The notes below the pieces were generated by a model that saw nothing but the letters and a program-made list of their open reading frames with translations, did no database searches and was not told the origin of the DNA. The position numbers and the translations under genes were made by a program. Source: Candidatus Pacearchaeota archaeon (GTDB lineage: Archaea; Nanobdellota; Nanobdellia; Pacearchaeales; UBA284). From it: a stretch of DNA of 32,000 nt. Positions 7,273 through 19,002 of this stretch are shown here, piece after piece (position 1 is the stretch's first letter; each line of letters starts with the position of its first letter). The stretch lies in contig CP061211.1 in NCBI GenBank assembly GCA_026016245.1, positions 210,001-242,000 on the forward strand, read 5' to 3'.

Positions 7273-9369
7273 ATGAAAAAAAAGATTATTTTTTCTTTTA
7301 TCTTGGTATTATTGATTTTATTACTAAATACAGTACAAGCATCAGTCTCGATTTCTGAGCCAAAAGGAACATATAATTTGGGGGATAGTCTGGATACTGA
7401 GATTGTGTTCTCTTATTCTGAACAGATCCACGGCTTTTTGAGAATAACTCTTGCTTGTGGTGGTGGAGAGAATTTGGTGTATTTTTCACCAACAATCATA
7501 GAAAGTTCACACAAAAGTGTTGATATATCCTATCCTGTATCTAAAGCCCTAGGCTCTTGTCATATTTCAGCCAGTATTGAGGATGAGAAAAACAATAAAT
7601 TAGAAGAAGAAAAAACAATTAATTTTTTACTGACAGACAAGATTGATATTGATGCCAGCATTAATAAAGAAGAATTTGAACCTTCTGATACTTTAGAAAT
7701 TGAAGGAGAAGCAATCAAGGCAAATGGTGAGAAAGTAAATGGCATCATAGAGATTTTAATTGATGATAATGAATATACAACAAGTGTTTCTAAAGGGAAA
7801 TTTTCTTATGGTTTAGAATTAGCTGAAAATATTCTGCCTGGACCACATAATATAATTCTAAAAATTGAAGATATTAAAGGCAATAAAGGAAATAATAGTG
7901 TTATTTTTAAAATAAAACAGATCCCAACTTCTCTTACAGTAGAAACTAACAATAATGAATTTATTTTAGATGAAATTTTAATTATTACTCCAAAATTATT
8001 TGATCAAGCCCAGCAAGTAATGTCTGAAAATATTAATGTAAGGTTATTATCAAAGGAAACTGTAATTCTTTTTTTAAGTAAGGATAGAGTGCTTCTTGAA
8101 GAATCTGTACAGAGCAGTAATGAGACAATGTATAGATTTACAGAAGATGCACCTCCAGGAGAATATATTGTGGAAGCTAGTTTTGATAATTTGAAAATTG
8201 AAAAAACTATCTTAGTATTAGAATTTGAAAAAGTAGAATTTAAGATGGAGAATAACACTCTGGCAGTTACAAATATTGGAAATGTTCCCTATAAAAAATC
8301 CATCGAAGTAATGTTTAAAATTCAAGAACAGGTTATAAGGGAGAGTATTGATCTTGACTTGGAAGTTGGAGAAACACAGGTTTTTGAGCTTGAGGCACCA
8401 AAAGGCACTTATGATTTAGATATTAATGCTGGTGAGGATAGCATGAAGTTTTCTAATGTTCCACTTACAGGAAATGTTGTAGCTACTATTGATTTAAATC
8501 CAGAAAAAAATATAGTGAATAATTGGGCTTTGTGGCTATTCATTGCTATAGTTATAATTTTGGTAATATTTTTGTATTTCAAAAATAAAAAGAAAAGAAA
8601 ATATGGGATAAAGAAAAAGGAAACAGAGAGAATAGATACTAAAGCAATTGAACGAGAGCATAGAATGATATCAGCAGGAGCAGTTGATAAGGACATTAAA
8701 AAAATATTTAATAAGCATACAGGGAAATTAGCTGCACAAACCATAATGCCTTCTTTGGTTTATGGAACAAAACAACAAATTTCTGTATTACTCATATCAA
8801 TTTCTGGATTTGAAAAATTTGCTGTTTTGAAGAAAAAAGACTTACAAAAGTTCAATAAGGTGCTTGACAGATATTTTGAGGCTATAACACAAAAAATAAA
8901 AGTTCATCAGGGAGTTGTTGATCTATATGGAAGTAATCTTGTTGTTTTCTTTAATGTTGTCAAACAATATAGGCATGATATTGCTGCCATAAAAACAGCC
9001 AAGGATATTAGGAAAATTACAGAAGTATTTAATGAGGCTGTGAAGAATCTTGATGTTGAATTGAGAGTTAAAGCTGGAATCAATACTGGCCTAGCCACTG
9101 TAAGCAGTATTGGGGCTGATAAAGCGGTAAAATACACTTCAATAGGTAATACAATAACATTAGCAAAAGCTCTGAAGAATAAAGCTTTAGAGAATGAGAT
9201 TTTAATTCCAGAAAAAATTTATGAGCATGTTTCTAATGTTATCAATGCAAAAAGAATAATGCCTCTTTATTTAACAGGAACTAAAGCTATTAATATTTAT
9301 TCTGTCAAAGATAATGGGGATGTGAAAGAAAGACATAGATGGTATGTTGACAGGGCTTTGAGAAGATAA
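7273..9369 (+). CDS. Surface protein: signal peptide, Ig-like ectodomain, TM helix, intracellular class III nucleotidyl cyclase-like domain (degenerate)
   Basis: AGGAGG at 7261-7266; signal peptide MKKKIIFSFILVLLILLLNTVQA; TM WALWLFIAIVIILVIFLYF; cyclase fold QISVLLISISGFEKF...HQGVVDLYGSNLVVFF...VKAGINTGLATVSSIG...YTSIGNTITLAKAL. Confidence 0.75.
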   Translation: MKKKIIFSFILVLLILLLNTVQASVSISEPKGTYNLGDSLDTEIVFSYSEQIHGFLRITLACGGGENLVYFSPTIIESSHKSVDISYPVSKALGSCHISASIEDEKNNKLEEEKTINFLLTDKIDIDASINKEEFEPSDTLEIEGEAIKANGEKVNGIIEILIDDNEYTTSVSKGKFSYGLELAENILPGPHNIILKIEDIKGNKGNNSVIFKIKQIPTSLTVETNNNEFILDEILIITPKLFDQAQQVMSENINVRLLSKETVILFLSKDRVLLEESVQSSNETMYRFTEDAPPGEYIVEASFDNLKIEKTILVLEFEKVEFKMENNTLAVTNIGNVPYKKSIEVMFKIQEQVIRESIDLDLEVGETQVFELEAPKGTYDLDINAGEDSMKFSNVPLTGNVVATIDLNPEKNIVNNWALWLFIAIVIILVIFLYFKNKKKRKYGIKKKETERIDTKAIEREHRMISAGAVDKDIKKIFNKHTGKLAAQTIMPSLVYGTKQQISVLLISISGFEKFAVLKKKDLQKFNKVLDRYFEAITQKIKVHQGVVDLYGSNLVVFFNVVKQYRHDIAAIKTAKDIRKITEVFNEAVKNLDVELRVKAGINTGLATVSSIGADKAVKYTSIGNTITLAKALKNKALENEILIPEKIYEHVSNVINAKRIMPLYLTGTKAINIYSVKDNGDVKERHRWYVDRALRR

Positions 9370-9377
9370 TAATATTA

Positions 9378-10292
9378 TTATTTTAATTCTTTTAAAATTG
9401 AACAGGCTTTGCATAAATCTTGAGATGAAGCAAAGCCACACTTTTTGCACTTTTTAAATACAAGAGTTTTATATTTTTCTTTTAACAGAGGATTTATTTT
9501 AAGAGAAGAATTTACTATTGCATTTTTCACTTCTGTATGTTTCTTTTCTAGTTGAATAAGCCACTCCCGTATTTCAACTCTTAAGGTTGTGCCACGGAGA
9601 GGACAAATACATGTTTCTTTAGGTGGTATTGGTATTTTCTTTAGCTTGGCATAAAGCACTATTTCTTTTGTTGAACATAAATAAAAAGGCTTGACTCTCT
9701 GCACAAATTCTTTTGTCCTTCTCACTCCAGTTAATGGTCCTAATTTTGCAAGCAATTCTGGATTTCCTTTTAAGAAATTTAGGAGTATGGTTTCAGCTTC
9801 ATCATCTAAAGAATGAGCTGTACAGATAACATTAAAACCTAATTGTTTTGCTTTCTTGTTTAGGAGCCATCTTTTCAAAATAGAACAAACATAACAATTA
9901 CTCAAATTTAGTTTTTTTATCTTCTTAGTTTTGCTGCTTAGAGTGAAGCCAAATTCTTTTTTGAAGGTGAATATTTTAACTTTGATATTATTTTGTTTTA
10001 GAAATTTTCCAGCTGCTTTTAAAATTTTTTTTCTATAACCAGGAATGCCTTCATCAATGGAAAGGCCAATAATTTCCTGACCTCCAGAACTATAAATCCT
10101 GTTTAGGAGATAAAGTAAAGTTAAACTATCTTTTCCCCCAGAAAAAGCCACTGCTATTTTGTCATTTTTTTCTATTAACTTATATTTTCTTATTGTCTTG
10201 GCAACTTTTTTTTCAAAATACTTTATGAAAGCATTTTTGTCTAGCCATCTACCACAGCTTAGATAATATACTCCTTTCTTAGGCTTCTTCAT
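9378..10292 (-). CDS. TtcA/CTU1(NcsA)-family tRNA 2-thiolation protein
   Basis: PP-loop AFSGGKDSLTLLYLL; NCYVCSILKRWLLN; AHSLDDEAETILLNFLKGN; C-terminal CKKCG...LCKAC zinc ribbon. Confidence 0.85.
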   Translation of the reverse strand: MKKPKKGVYYLSCGRWLDKNAFIKYFEKKVAKTIRKYKLIEKNDKIAVAFSGGKDSLTLLYLLNRIYSSGGQEIIGLSIDEGIPGYRKKILKAAGKFLKQNNIKVKIFTFKKEFGFTLSSKTKKIKKLNLSNCYVCSILKRWLLNKKAKQLGFNVICTAHSLDDEAETILLNFLKGNPELLAKLGPLTGVRRTKEFVQRVKPFYLCSTKEIVLYAKLKKIPIPPKETCICPLRGTTLRVEIREWLIQLEKKHTEVKNAIVNSSLKINPLLKEKYKTLVFKKCKKCGFASSQDLCKACSILKELK

Positions 10293-10303
10293 TTTTTGCT
10301 TTT

Positions 10304-10510
10304 TTATTCTATTTTTTTTATCTTAATGATTTTTACTGGACACACATCTGCTGCTTTTTTATTACATTCATATTCCTCTTCAGTAATCTCTGTTCTTTCT
10401 GGTTTGGCTTTTCCATCATCACCAATAGCCCAGTTTTTATTACAAGCAGTAATACAAGCTCCGCAGCCTATACATCTTTCATGATCCTGGATAATTTTGT
10501 ATTTTGCCAT
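10304..10510 (-). CDS. 4Fe-4S ferredoxin
   Basis: CIGCGACITACNKNW plus ECNKKAADVCPVKII; start at MAKYKI (10510). Confidence 0.85.
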   Translation of the reverse strand: MAKYKIIQDHERCIGCGACITACNKNWAIGDDGKAKPERTEITEEEYECNKKAADVCPVKIIKIKKIE

Positions 10511-10592
10511 TTTAAGATGTTGCAAGATGAATATAAAAAATTTTATTTATAAAACAATAATCTTTATAAACTAAAAAGTAGTAAAATAGGGC

Positions 10593-10901
10593 ATGAGTAA
10601 AGGTCAAAAAGAACTTAGCACATTATTTCAAAAAGGCAAATATGGTAGAGTTTTTGCTTGTATTAAGGAAATAGTATTTGAAAATTGGAAACATTCTGGT
10701 CCTATTATTTATGTTGGGAAATTAACAAAAAATTCTAGAAAATATAAAATTGAAAAAGTCCCCCACCTCCAGATCCCTTACAAAGGAAGGATGGTGCCTA
10801 TTTCTCTCTATCAACGAGTACCCACTGAGATAGCTGCAGATATTCGTGATTTTTTATATAGTAGAAAAACATTAGAAGACACGCTTAAGAATTTTTATTG
10901 A
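10593..10901 (+). CDS. Hypothetical protein
   Basis: 102-aa ORF in its own intergenic slot, convergent with gyrA. No family recognised. Confidence 0.55.
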   Translation: MSKGQKELSTLFQKGKYGRVFACIKEIVFENWKHSGPIIYVGKLTKNSRKYKIEKVPHLQIPYKGRMVPISLYQRVPTEIAADIRDFLYSRKTLEDTLKNFY

Positions 10902-10902
10902 T

Positions 10903-13416
10903 TTAAATCTGAACCTTCACCAGGTCAGCCACCCTATCATCTTGTCTCAAACGAATTATTCTCACTCCTTGCGTATTTCTTCCCATAACACGAATGTCTT
11001 TACAAGGAACTCTAATAACCATTCCTTTTAGGGTTGTTACAATTATTGAATCTTTTGTTGTCACTAGCTGTATTCCAATAACTTTTCCATTTCTTTCAGA
11101 ACAGTTTATGTTAATGATCCCTTTGCAAGCTCTTGATGTTCTCCTATAATCACTTATCAAGCTTCTTTTGCCATATCCTTTTTCTGTTATTGTCAATAAT
11201 GTAAGGTCTTTATTTTGCTGCTCTTCTTTATTTAGAGATACTAAGCCAATAACTTCATCATCTTTATCTAGTTTTATTGTAATGACACCATAAGCAGCTT
11301 TTCCCATCTCTCTAATATCACTTGCCTTGCATCTGACAGCTATCCCTTTCTTCGTTGCAAGAATAATCTCACTTTCATTAGTAACGACTCTTGCATCAAC
11401 AATACCATCATCCATTGGTAGGCTTACAGCTTTAACACCAGATTTTTTGATTCTAATAAAAGCATCTAAGCTAACTCTCTTTGCTATTCCTCTTTTTGTT
11501 GCTATAAATAATGAGCCTTTAAGTTCTGTTAAAGGAATTATTGCTTTAATCTTGTCTGTGATTTGAAGCAGATTTATTAGAGCTTTTCCCTTGCTATATC
11601 TTGTTGCTGAAGGGATATCATATGCTTTCAAAGTGTATAACTTGCCTCTTTCTGTCAAAAATAGGATATTATGATGGGTATTGCAGACAAAAACCCTTTG
11701 TACAAAATCTCCTATTGTAAGCTCAGTTCCAGTAATTCCCTTACCACCTCTTCTCTGTTCCTGATACACTTTTAGAGGCATTCTTTTGATATATCCTTTT
11801 GATGTCAGCAAGACAGCAACGTCTTCTTTTTTGATTAGATCTATTTCTTTTATTTGTCTGATTCTCTCTATAATTTTTGTTTTTCTCTCGTCGCCATACT
11901 TTCTCCTTAGTTCATAAAGCTCTTTGATTATTATATTCAAAATCTCTTGCTCACTTCCTAGTATTTTTTCCAGCTCTTTAATTTTCTTTTTTATCTCATC
12001 AAACTCCTTTTTTAGTTTATCTTGCTCAAGCTGTGTTAATTTTTGTAGTTTCATATCTAATATTGCTTGAGCTTGTTTCTGGCTTAGCTTGTATTTGTTC
12101 ATAAGCTGAGAAGTGGCTTCTGACACTCCTTTGGCTTTCTTAATCAATGTAATGACTGAATCAAGATTTTTTAAAGCAATTATTAAACCAGAAAGAATAT
12201 GTTCCCTGTCCTTTGTGACCTGAAGCTCATATTGGGTTCTTTTCCTGACTATGTGCAGTCTGTGTTTTATGTAACATTCAATGAACTGCTTTAAATTGAG
12301 AATCTTTGGCTGGCCTGCTACAAGTCCTAACATAATTGCATGGAATTTTGTTTCTAGCAGTGTAAGTTTGAAAAGTTTATTGAGAATTAATTTTGAATTT
12401 GTTCCTCTCCTCAAGAAAAGCACTACACGAATTTGATCTTTGGCAGATTCATCTCTGATGTCAGCAATATCTTGGATTCTTTTTTCTTGAACAAGTCTAG
12501 CTATTGTTTTGATTAATTCTGCTTTGTTTACTTGATAAGGCAGTTCAGTGATAATAATTGCCTCTCTCTCGCCTTTGACATGCTCTATGACTGCTTTGCC
12601 CCTCATTATAAAAGAACCTCTTCCAGTCTTATACATTTCAGAGATACCTTCTCTGTGAATAGAACCAGCAGTAGGAAAATCAGGGCCTTTGATGTATTTC
12701 ATTAATTCGTCAATAGTTATTTTTGGTTTTCTTATGCAAGCAATTATAGCTTCAATAACTTCTGTGATGTTGTGAGGAGGCATATTTGTTGCCATTCCTA
12801 CAGCAATTCCAGTTGCTCCATTGATAAGCAAATTAGGAGGTTTTCCAGGAAGAATTTCAGGCTCTTTCAAAGAATTGTCAAAATTAGGAATCATCTTGAC
12901 TGTCTTCTTGTCTAGATCTTGTAAAATTTCTTCTGCTATTGCCTGAAGTCTGGCCTCGGTGTAACGCATCGCGGCCGGGGGATCTGCATCAATAGAACCA
13001 AAATTACCTTGTCCTTGGATAAGTGGATAACGAAGAGAGAATGATTGAGCCATTCTTACAAGAGCATCATAAATAGCTATGTCTCCATGAGGATGATATT
13101 TACCCATACAATCACCAACAATTCTAGCTGATTTTTTTGTTGGCTTGTTATGTGACAGACTCATTTGATACATAGCATAAAGAATTCTCCTCTGCACAGG
13201 CTTCAAACCATCTTCTACACTAGGCAATGCTCTAGCAACTATAACAGACATAGCATAATCAATGTAAGATTCTCTCATTTCTTCTTCTATCTTTATTTCT
13301 TGAACAGTTTCATCCTTTCCTATGTTTTGTGGAGGTGCCATTACCTTATCTTCCTCCTCATTATTATTTTCTTTTTTTGTTTCTTTTTCGTTTTCAGTTT
13401 CTTCTTTAGTTGCCAT
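10903..13416 (-). CDS. gyrA: DNA gyrase subunit A
   Basis: [32 protein letters not shown], catalytic [10 protein letters not shown], GyrA-box QRRGGKG. AGGAGG precedes the ATG at 13416. Confidence 0.95.
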   Translation of the reverse strand: MATKEETENEKETKKENNNEEEDKVMAPPQNIGKDETVQEIKIEEEMRESYIDYAMSVIVARALPSVEDGLKPVQRRILYAMYQMSLSHNKPTKKSARIVGDCMGKYHPHGDIAIYDALVRMAQSFSLRYPLIQGQGNFGSIDADPPAAMRYTEARLQAIAEEILQDLDKKTVKMIPNFDNSLKEPEILPGKPPNLLINGATGIAVGMATNMPPHNITEVIEAIIACIRKPKITIDELMKYIKGPDFPTAGSIHREGISEMYKTGRGSFIMRGKAVIEHVKGEREAIIITELPYQVNKAELIKTIARLVQEKRIQDIADIRDESAKDQIRVVLFLRRGTNSKLILNKLFKLTLLETKFHAIMLGLVAGQPKILNLKQFIECYIKHRLHIVRKRTQYELQVTKDREHILSGLIIALKNLDSVITLIKKAKGVSEATSQLMNKYKLSQKQAQAILDMKLQKLTQLEQDKLKKEFDEIKKKIKELEKILGSEQEILNIIIKELYELRRKYGDERKTKIIERIRQIKEIDLIKKEDVAVLLTSKGYIKRMPLKVYQEQRRGGKGITGTELTIGDFVQRVFVCNTHHNILFLTERGKLYTLKAYDIPSATRYSKGKALINLLQITDKIKAIIPLTELKGSLFIATKRGIAKRVSLDAFIRIKKSGVKAVSLPMDDGIVDARVVTNESEIILATKKGIAVRCKASDIREMGKAAYGVITIKLDKDDEVIGLVSLNKEEQQNKDLTLLTITEKGYGKRSLISDYRRTSRACKGIININCSERNGKVIGIQLVTTKDSIIVTTLKGMVIRVPCKDIRVMGRNTQGVRIIRLRQDDRVADLVKVQI

Positions 13417-13711
13417 CTCCAAAAACCTCCTTAACTTTGCTTAGATAATATTTTGCAGCTTTCTTTATCTTTTTATCATCTATTTTCTCTAATTCTATTA
13501 ATCCTAAAGACAAAAGATACATGTCTGCTACTTCTTCTTTGAAATGTCCTTCCTTGTCTTCTTTTTCCTTTAGCTTTGTTAGTTTGATTATGTGTTTTCC
13601 TATCTGCTCCAATAAATGATAAAAGATTTCCTTGTCTGTTTTCAATTTTTTTCGATAATTAACTTGAATTTCTTCTATTATTTTCTTAATTTCTTTTATT
13701 TCTTCTGTCAT
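13406..13711 (-). CDS. MazG-like nucleotide pyrophosphohydrolase family protein (tentative)
   Basis: [19 protein letters not shown]...[22 protein letters not shown] resembles the MazG-like ExxE..ExxxD helical pattern. Confidence 0.5.
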   Translation of the reverse strand: MTEEIKEIKKIIEEIQVNYRKKLKTDKEIFYHLLEQIGKHIIKLTKLKEKEDKEGHFKEEVADMYLLSLGLIELEKIDDKKIKKAAKYYLSKVKEVFGDGN

Positions 13712-14145
13712 TTTTTGCTTAAATCTTTTTTAAATGATTTATTTATTCCAACTTTAAGACAATTGTTAAGCCAAATACACTTCCGACAAATATTCTTTAT
13801 TGTTTTTTGATTAACTTTTTCCATAGATAAGTTAAAAATATCTTTTGCTTTATGTATGGAGTTTTCTTTTAATTTTAGATACTTGAAAACTTTGTTATCT
13901 TCAGCAACCACCCATTTTTGTATTTCTGGAGATAGTATACATTTTTTATTATAGAGATGAGGACATTTTTCGCAAAGATCATCGTATTTCTTTACTACTT
14001 TTATTTTTGTATTTGGATTTTTTCTTATATGTAAACAAATCTTCTTCATATTACCTGCAAAGGTTTTGTCATATCCTCCGCTATAGAATCTTGGGATACA
14101 TAAAAGATGATGTGCTCTTATTTTTATCATTTTTTCTTCTGCCAT
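13708..14145 (-). CDS. DUF1284 domain protein
   Basis: IRAHHLLCIPRFYSGGYDKTFAGNMKKI...DDLCEKCPHLYNKKC; HHLLC plus cysteine clusters typical of DUF1284. Confidence 0.75.
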   Translation of the reverse strand: MAEEKMIKIRAHHLLCIPRFYSGGYDKTFAGNMKKICLHIRKNPNTKIKVVKKYDDLCEKCPHLYNKKCILSPEIQKWVVAEDNKVFKYLKLKENSIHKAKDIFNLSMEKVNQKTIKNICRKCIWLNNCLKVGINKSFKKDLSKK

Positions 14146-14146
14146 T

Positions 14147-14746
14147 TTAAATTCCTATATTAAATTTTTTTAAATCTTTTTTGAATTGTCTTATATTCTT
14201 GAATAAAATTGTTTTAATTTTCAATTTTTTTGCAGGTAATATATTTCTTCTTACATCATCTATAAATATACATTCTTGAGGGTTTAATTTCAATTTTTTT
14301 AAAGTAATTTTATAAATCTTAGCATCTGGTTTTCTTGTCCCAACTTTATATGATAAAATAACTAAGTTGAAAATCTTGTAAAAGTTAAATCTTTTAATCA
14401 CTCTATCAGAAATAAGTGTTTGATTAGATAAGATTATAATTTTATAATTCTTTTTTAATTTCTTTACTAAGTTGATCATTATAGGATTCTTTTTATGAAC
14501 TGCTTTATATCCTTCAAATAAGATTTTTTCTATTCTTTTTTCATCAATATTTAATTTTTTAGCAGTTTTCTTTAAGGCGATTTTTTGAGATATTTTTCCC
14601 CTGATTAAAAGATTGCGTTCTGGTTCTATTCTTTTTTTCCAAGTTGCTCTTTTAAGATTAAATTTCCGCGCCATATAAGTATGAAAATCTTTATATTTAG
14701 TTAGTACCCCGCCAATATCAAAAATAATTGCTTTTATCTTTTCCAT
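14147..14746 (-). CDS. HAD-superfamily hydrolase
   Basis: IIFDIGGVLTKY, IIILSNQT, KPDAKIY, CIFIDDVRRNILPAKKL. Confidence 0.85.
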   Translation of the reverse strand: MEKIKAIIFDIGGVLTKYKDFHTYMARKFNLKRATWKKRIEPERNLLIRGKISQKIALKKTAKKLNIDEKRIEKILFEGYKAVHKKNPIMINLVKKLKKNYKIIILSNQTLISDRVIKRFNFYKIFNLVILSYKVGTRKPDAKIYKITLKKLKLNPQECIFIDDVRRNILPAKKLKIKTILFKNIRQFKKDLKKFNIGI

Positions 14747-14747
14747 T

Positions 14748-15089
14748 TTAACATGTAAGATGGAATAAGCCAGCTTTCTTTTCTTTTATTTTATTAAATT
14801 TTTTTATGGCGATTGGAGTAGGAGCTTCAATAACTTCTATATTTTGTTCTCTTGCTCTATTCATAACTTCTGGTTCAATTTCAGCTACTCCGCTCTGTCC
14901 AGTTCCTATCACAATAACTTTTGGATTTTCCTTAAACAAAGGCTCTATCTCTTCTATGCAGACAATATGTGTTCCTTTTTGTAATCCTCTTTTCTTAATT
15001 CTGTCATCAGCCAAGATAATAACATCATCACCATAGGTTTTGCCATCTATTGTGATGTTTCCGAAAGATGTTGAATCTATGTATGCCAT
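14748..15089 (-). CDS. Mth938-like domain protein
   Basis: SFGNITIDGKTYGDDVII...VIVIGTGQSGVAEIEPEV...IEVIEAPTPIAIKKFN. Confidence 0.8.
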   Translation of the reverse strand: MAYIDSTSFGNITIDGKTYGDDVIILADDRIKKRGLQKGTHIVCIEEIEPLFKENPKVIVIGTGQSGVAEIEPEVMNRAREQNIEVIEAPTPIAIKKFNKIKEKKAGLFHLTC

Positions 15090-15101
15090 TTTGTTTTTGT
15101 T

Positions 15102-17138
<2,037 letters not shown>

Positions 17139-17217
17139 TTAAGAAAGGGATATTTAAAAAGCTTTCTGCCTAATTTTAGCTGAGTTAGGGCTTAATTCTT
17201 AAAAATTCAAGATAATC

Positions 17218-18567
17218 TTATTTTTTCTTTGTTTGCTTTTTTGGGACTTTTTCTAGCTTTTTCTTCTTTAACTTCTGTTTTCTCCTTCTAGCTAGGATTA
17301 TAATAAGAACTACCATGATTATAATTATCAAAATATAATAATACCAACATACATAGATATTACAACAAAATCCAGCTAAACAACACTGGGGAATGCATCG
17401 GTTTCTTTCACACTTAAATGTAGTACAAAGACCTGTAGGAAGGCATCCACAGTCTACACAACAATTCTCACTTGTTTCAGCTAGCTCACATGTACCATCA
17501 CCACACTTTGCTACAAGGCCATAGCAATCAGTTGGGCAGTTTTCCCAATTCTCACCAGCTGCAGTATCACAGAAACCATCACCACAAACAACATCACCGC
17601 AATCACTAGGACAGTTCTCAGGCGTTTCTCCTAGTTCAATATCACAAACCATGTTCCCACAATATAGAGGACAGTCAGGACATACAGCATAAAACTCGCC
17701 AAATTCACATATTCCATTATAATTACAAGTCCCATTACAATCACTAGGACAATTCACATGATTTTCCCCGCAGTCTGGTTCACAAATATAATTACCACAA
17801 ATACATCCAGGGCAGTCTATAAGACAAATAGTGGAAGTTTCATTATAACTGCCACAAGGCCCAATAATAGTATCACAGATGCCATTGCCACAAGGACAGT
17901 CTTCAAAGCAAGTTATATTAGTCTCATTATACTCTGACTGACATAAGCCATCAGGACAATGGCAATCAATAGGGCAATTAGAACAATTTTCCCCGAGACT
18001 TGGTTCACATACTAGATTCATATTACAAAGCTGGCAATCTATACAATTAGTGGAATTTTCACACATATAAGGAAAAGTAGAATTTGGAATTGGCTCACAG
18101 ATGCTGTTATTGTTACATTGAGGAATACAGTCTTGAGGACAATTTGCACAAGTTTCTCCAGTAGCATTATTACAATTGCCATCACCACAAAAAGAAGGAT
18201 CTCCTAATTGTGTGTCAGGAGCTTGATCATTACCAAATTCAGAGAGTGTGACTTGCGTACTTACATTATGAGTTGAATTTCCAATAAAAATATAGACAAT
18301 ATCATCTTTTCCCCATTGTTGTGCACAGTTGCCAATATCAACAGCATACCAATTATCTAATCCAGAATTTCCATTTTTTCCTACAATATCATGAAGTGTG
18401 CAGTAAATGTTAATTCCATCTGAAACATCAAACACAACATCTAAACCATTAGGAGAAACACCATTTGGAGAATCTTTAACAAAGCCATTAACCCCATGCT
18501 GTGTTCCAGCAATAACAAGGGGAATAGAGATAATAACAATCAATGCTATAAAAAATAATCTTTTCAT
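17218..18567 (-). CDS. Cysteine-rich repeat surface protein with C-terminal TM anchor
   Basis: Signal peptide MKRLFFIALIVIISIPLVIAG; at least seven CGDGxCD..GEtxxNCPxDC-type repeats; TM WYYYILIIIIMVVLIIILA then a Lys-rich tail. Confidence 0.8.
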   Translation of the reverse strand: MKRLFFIALIVIISIPLVIAGTQHGVNGFVKDSPNGVSPNGLDVVFDVSDGINIYCTLHDIVGKNGNSGLDNWYAVDIGNCAQQWGKDDIVYIFIGNSTHNVSTQVTLSEFGNDQAPDTQLGDPSFCGDGNCNNATGETCANCPQDCIPQCNNNSICEPIPNSTFPYMCENSTNCIDCQLCNMNLVCEPSLGENCSNCPIDCHCPDGLCQSEYNETNITCFEDCPCGNGICDTIIGPCGSYNETSTICLIDCPGCICGNYICEPDCGENHVNCPSDCNGTCNYNGICEFGEFYAVCPDCPLYCGNMVCDIELGETPENCPSDCGDVVCGDGFCDTAAGENWENCPTDCYGLVAKCGDGTCELAETSENCCVDCGCLPTGLCTTFKCERNRCIPQCCLAGFCCNIYVCWYYYILIIIIMVVLIIILARRRKQKLKKKKLEKVPKKQTKKK

Positions 18568-18721
18568 CTTACCTCTTTTCTATTTTAATATTGTTTTTCT
18601 TATTTTTAAATATTTTGAATATCTCAAAAATCTTCTTTTTCTTGTTTCTTTTCTTATCTTTCTTCTTTTATTCACCTATAAATAAATAGATAGATACATA
18701 AGTGACGAAACCGATAGATTT

Positions 18722-18737
18722 ATAAATAGATATTTAT
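18722..18737. promoter_or_regulatory. Palindrome ATAAATA-GA-TATTTAT in divergent promoter region
   Basis: Perfect 7-bp inverted repeat with a 2-nt centre, 25 nt upstream of the 18763 start. Confidence 0.35.
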
Positions 18738-18762
18738 TCAGAATAATTATAAAAGAGGGAAG

Positions 18763-19002
18763 ATGGCAAACCTACGTAGCCATGAGGATAGTATAGCCAA
18801 GGCAATTCTTAGAGTAATTAATACAGCTTCAGAGCCTCTTGAAACTAAAGAAATTGAACAAGCTTTAAGTAAGATTAAGGGAATCACAAGAACCAAACTT
18901 TTCTACAGATTAATGTTACTGAGAGGCGAAAGTCTTGTCTTAGGTAAATTTGTCGGTCCTGGCAAGGGTGTCTGGATCTGGTGGAAAAAAACAAAAAAAT
19001 GA
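18763..19002 (+). CDS. Small winged-helix-like protein
   Basis: LRVINTASEPLETKEIEQALSKIKGITRTKLFYRLMLLRGESLVLGKFVGPGKGVWIWW; wHTH-like helices and a hydrophobic wing. Confidence 0.65.
   Translation: MANLRSHEDSIAKAILRVINTASEPLETKEIEQALSKIKGITRTKLFYRLMLLRGESLVLGKFVGPGKGVWIWWKKTKK

Noticed and set aside
13165-13434. 89-aa plus-strand ORF ending [14 protein letters not shown]
   Set aside because: Antisense of the Lys/Glu-rich GyrA N-terminus; an obvious artefact.
17400-18250. Possible DNA repeat array (CRISPR-like) in the Cys-rich gene
   Set aside because: The periodicity is protein-level (CGDG/NCPxDC units), the DNA units are divergent and unequally spaced, and one long ORF spans it.
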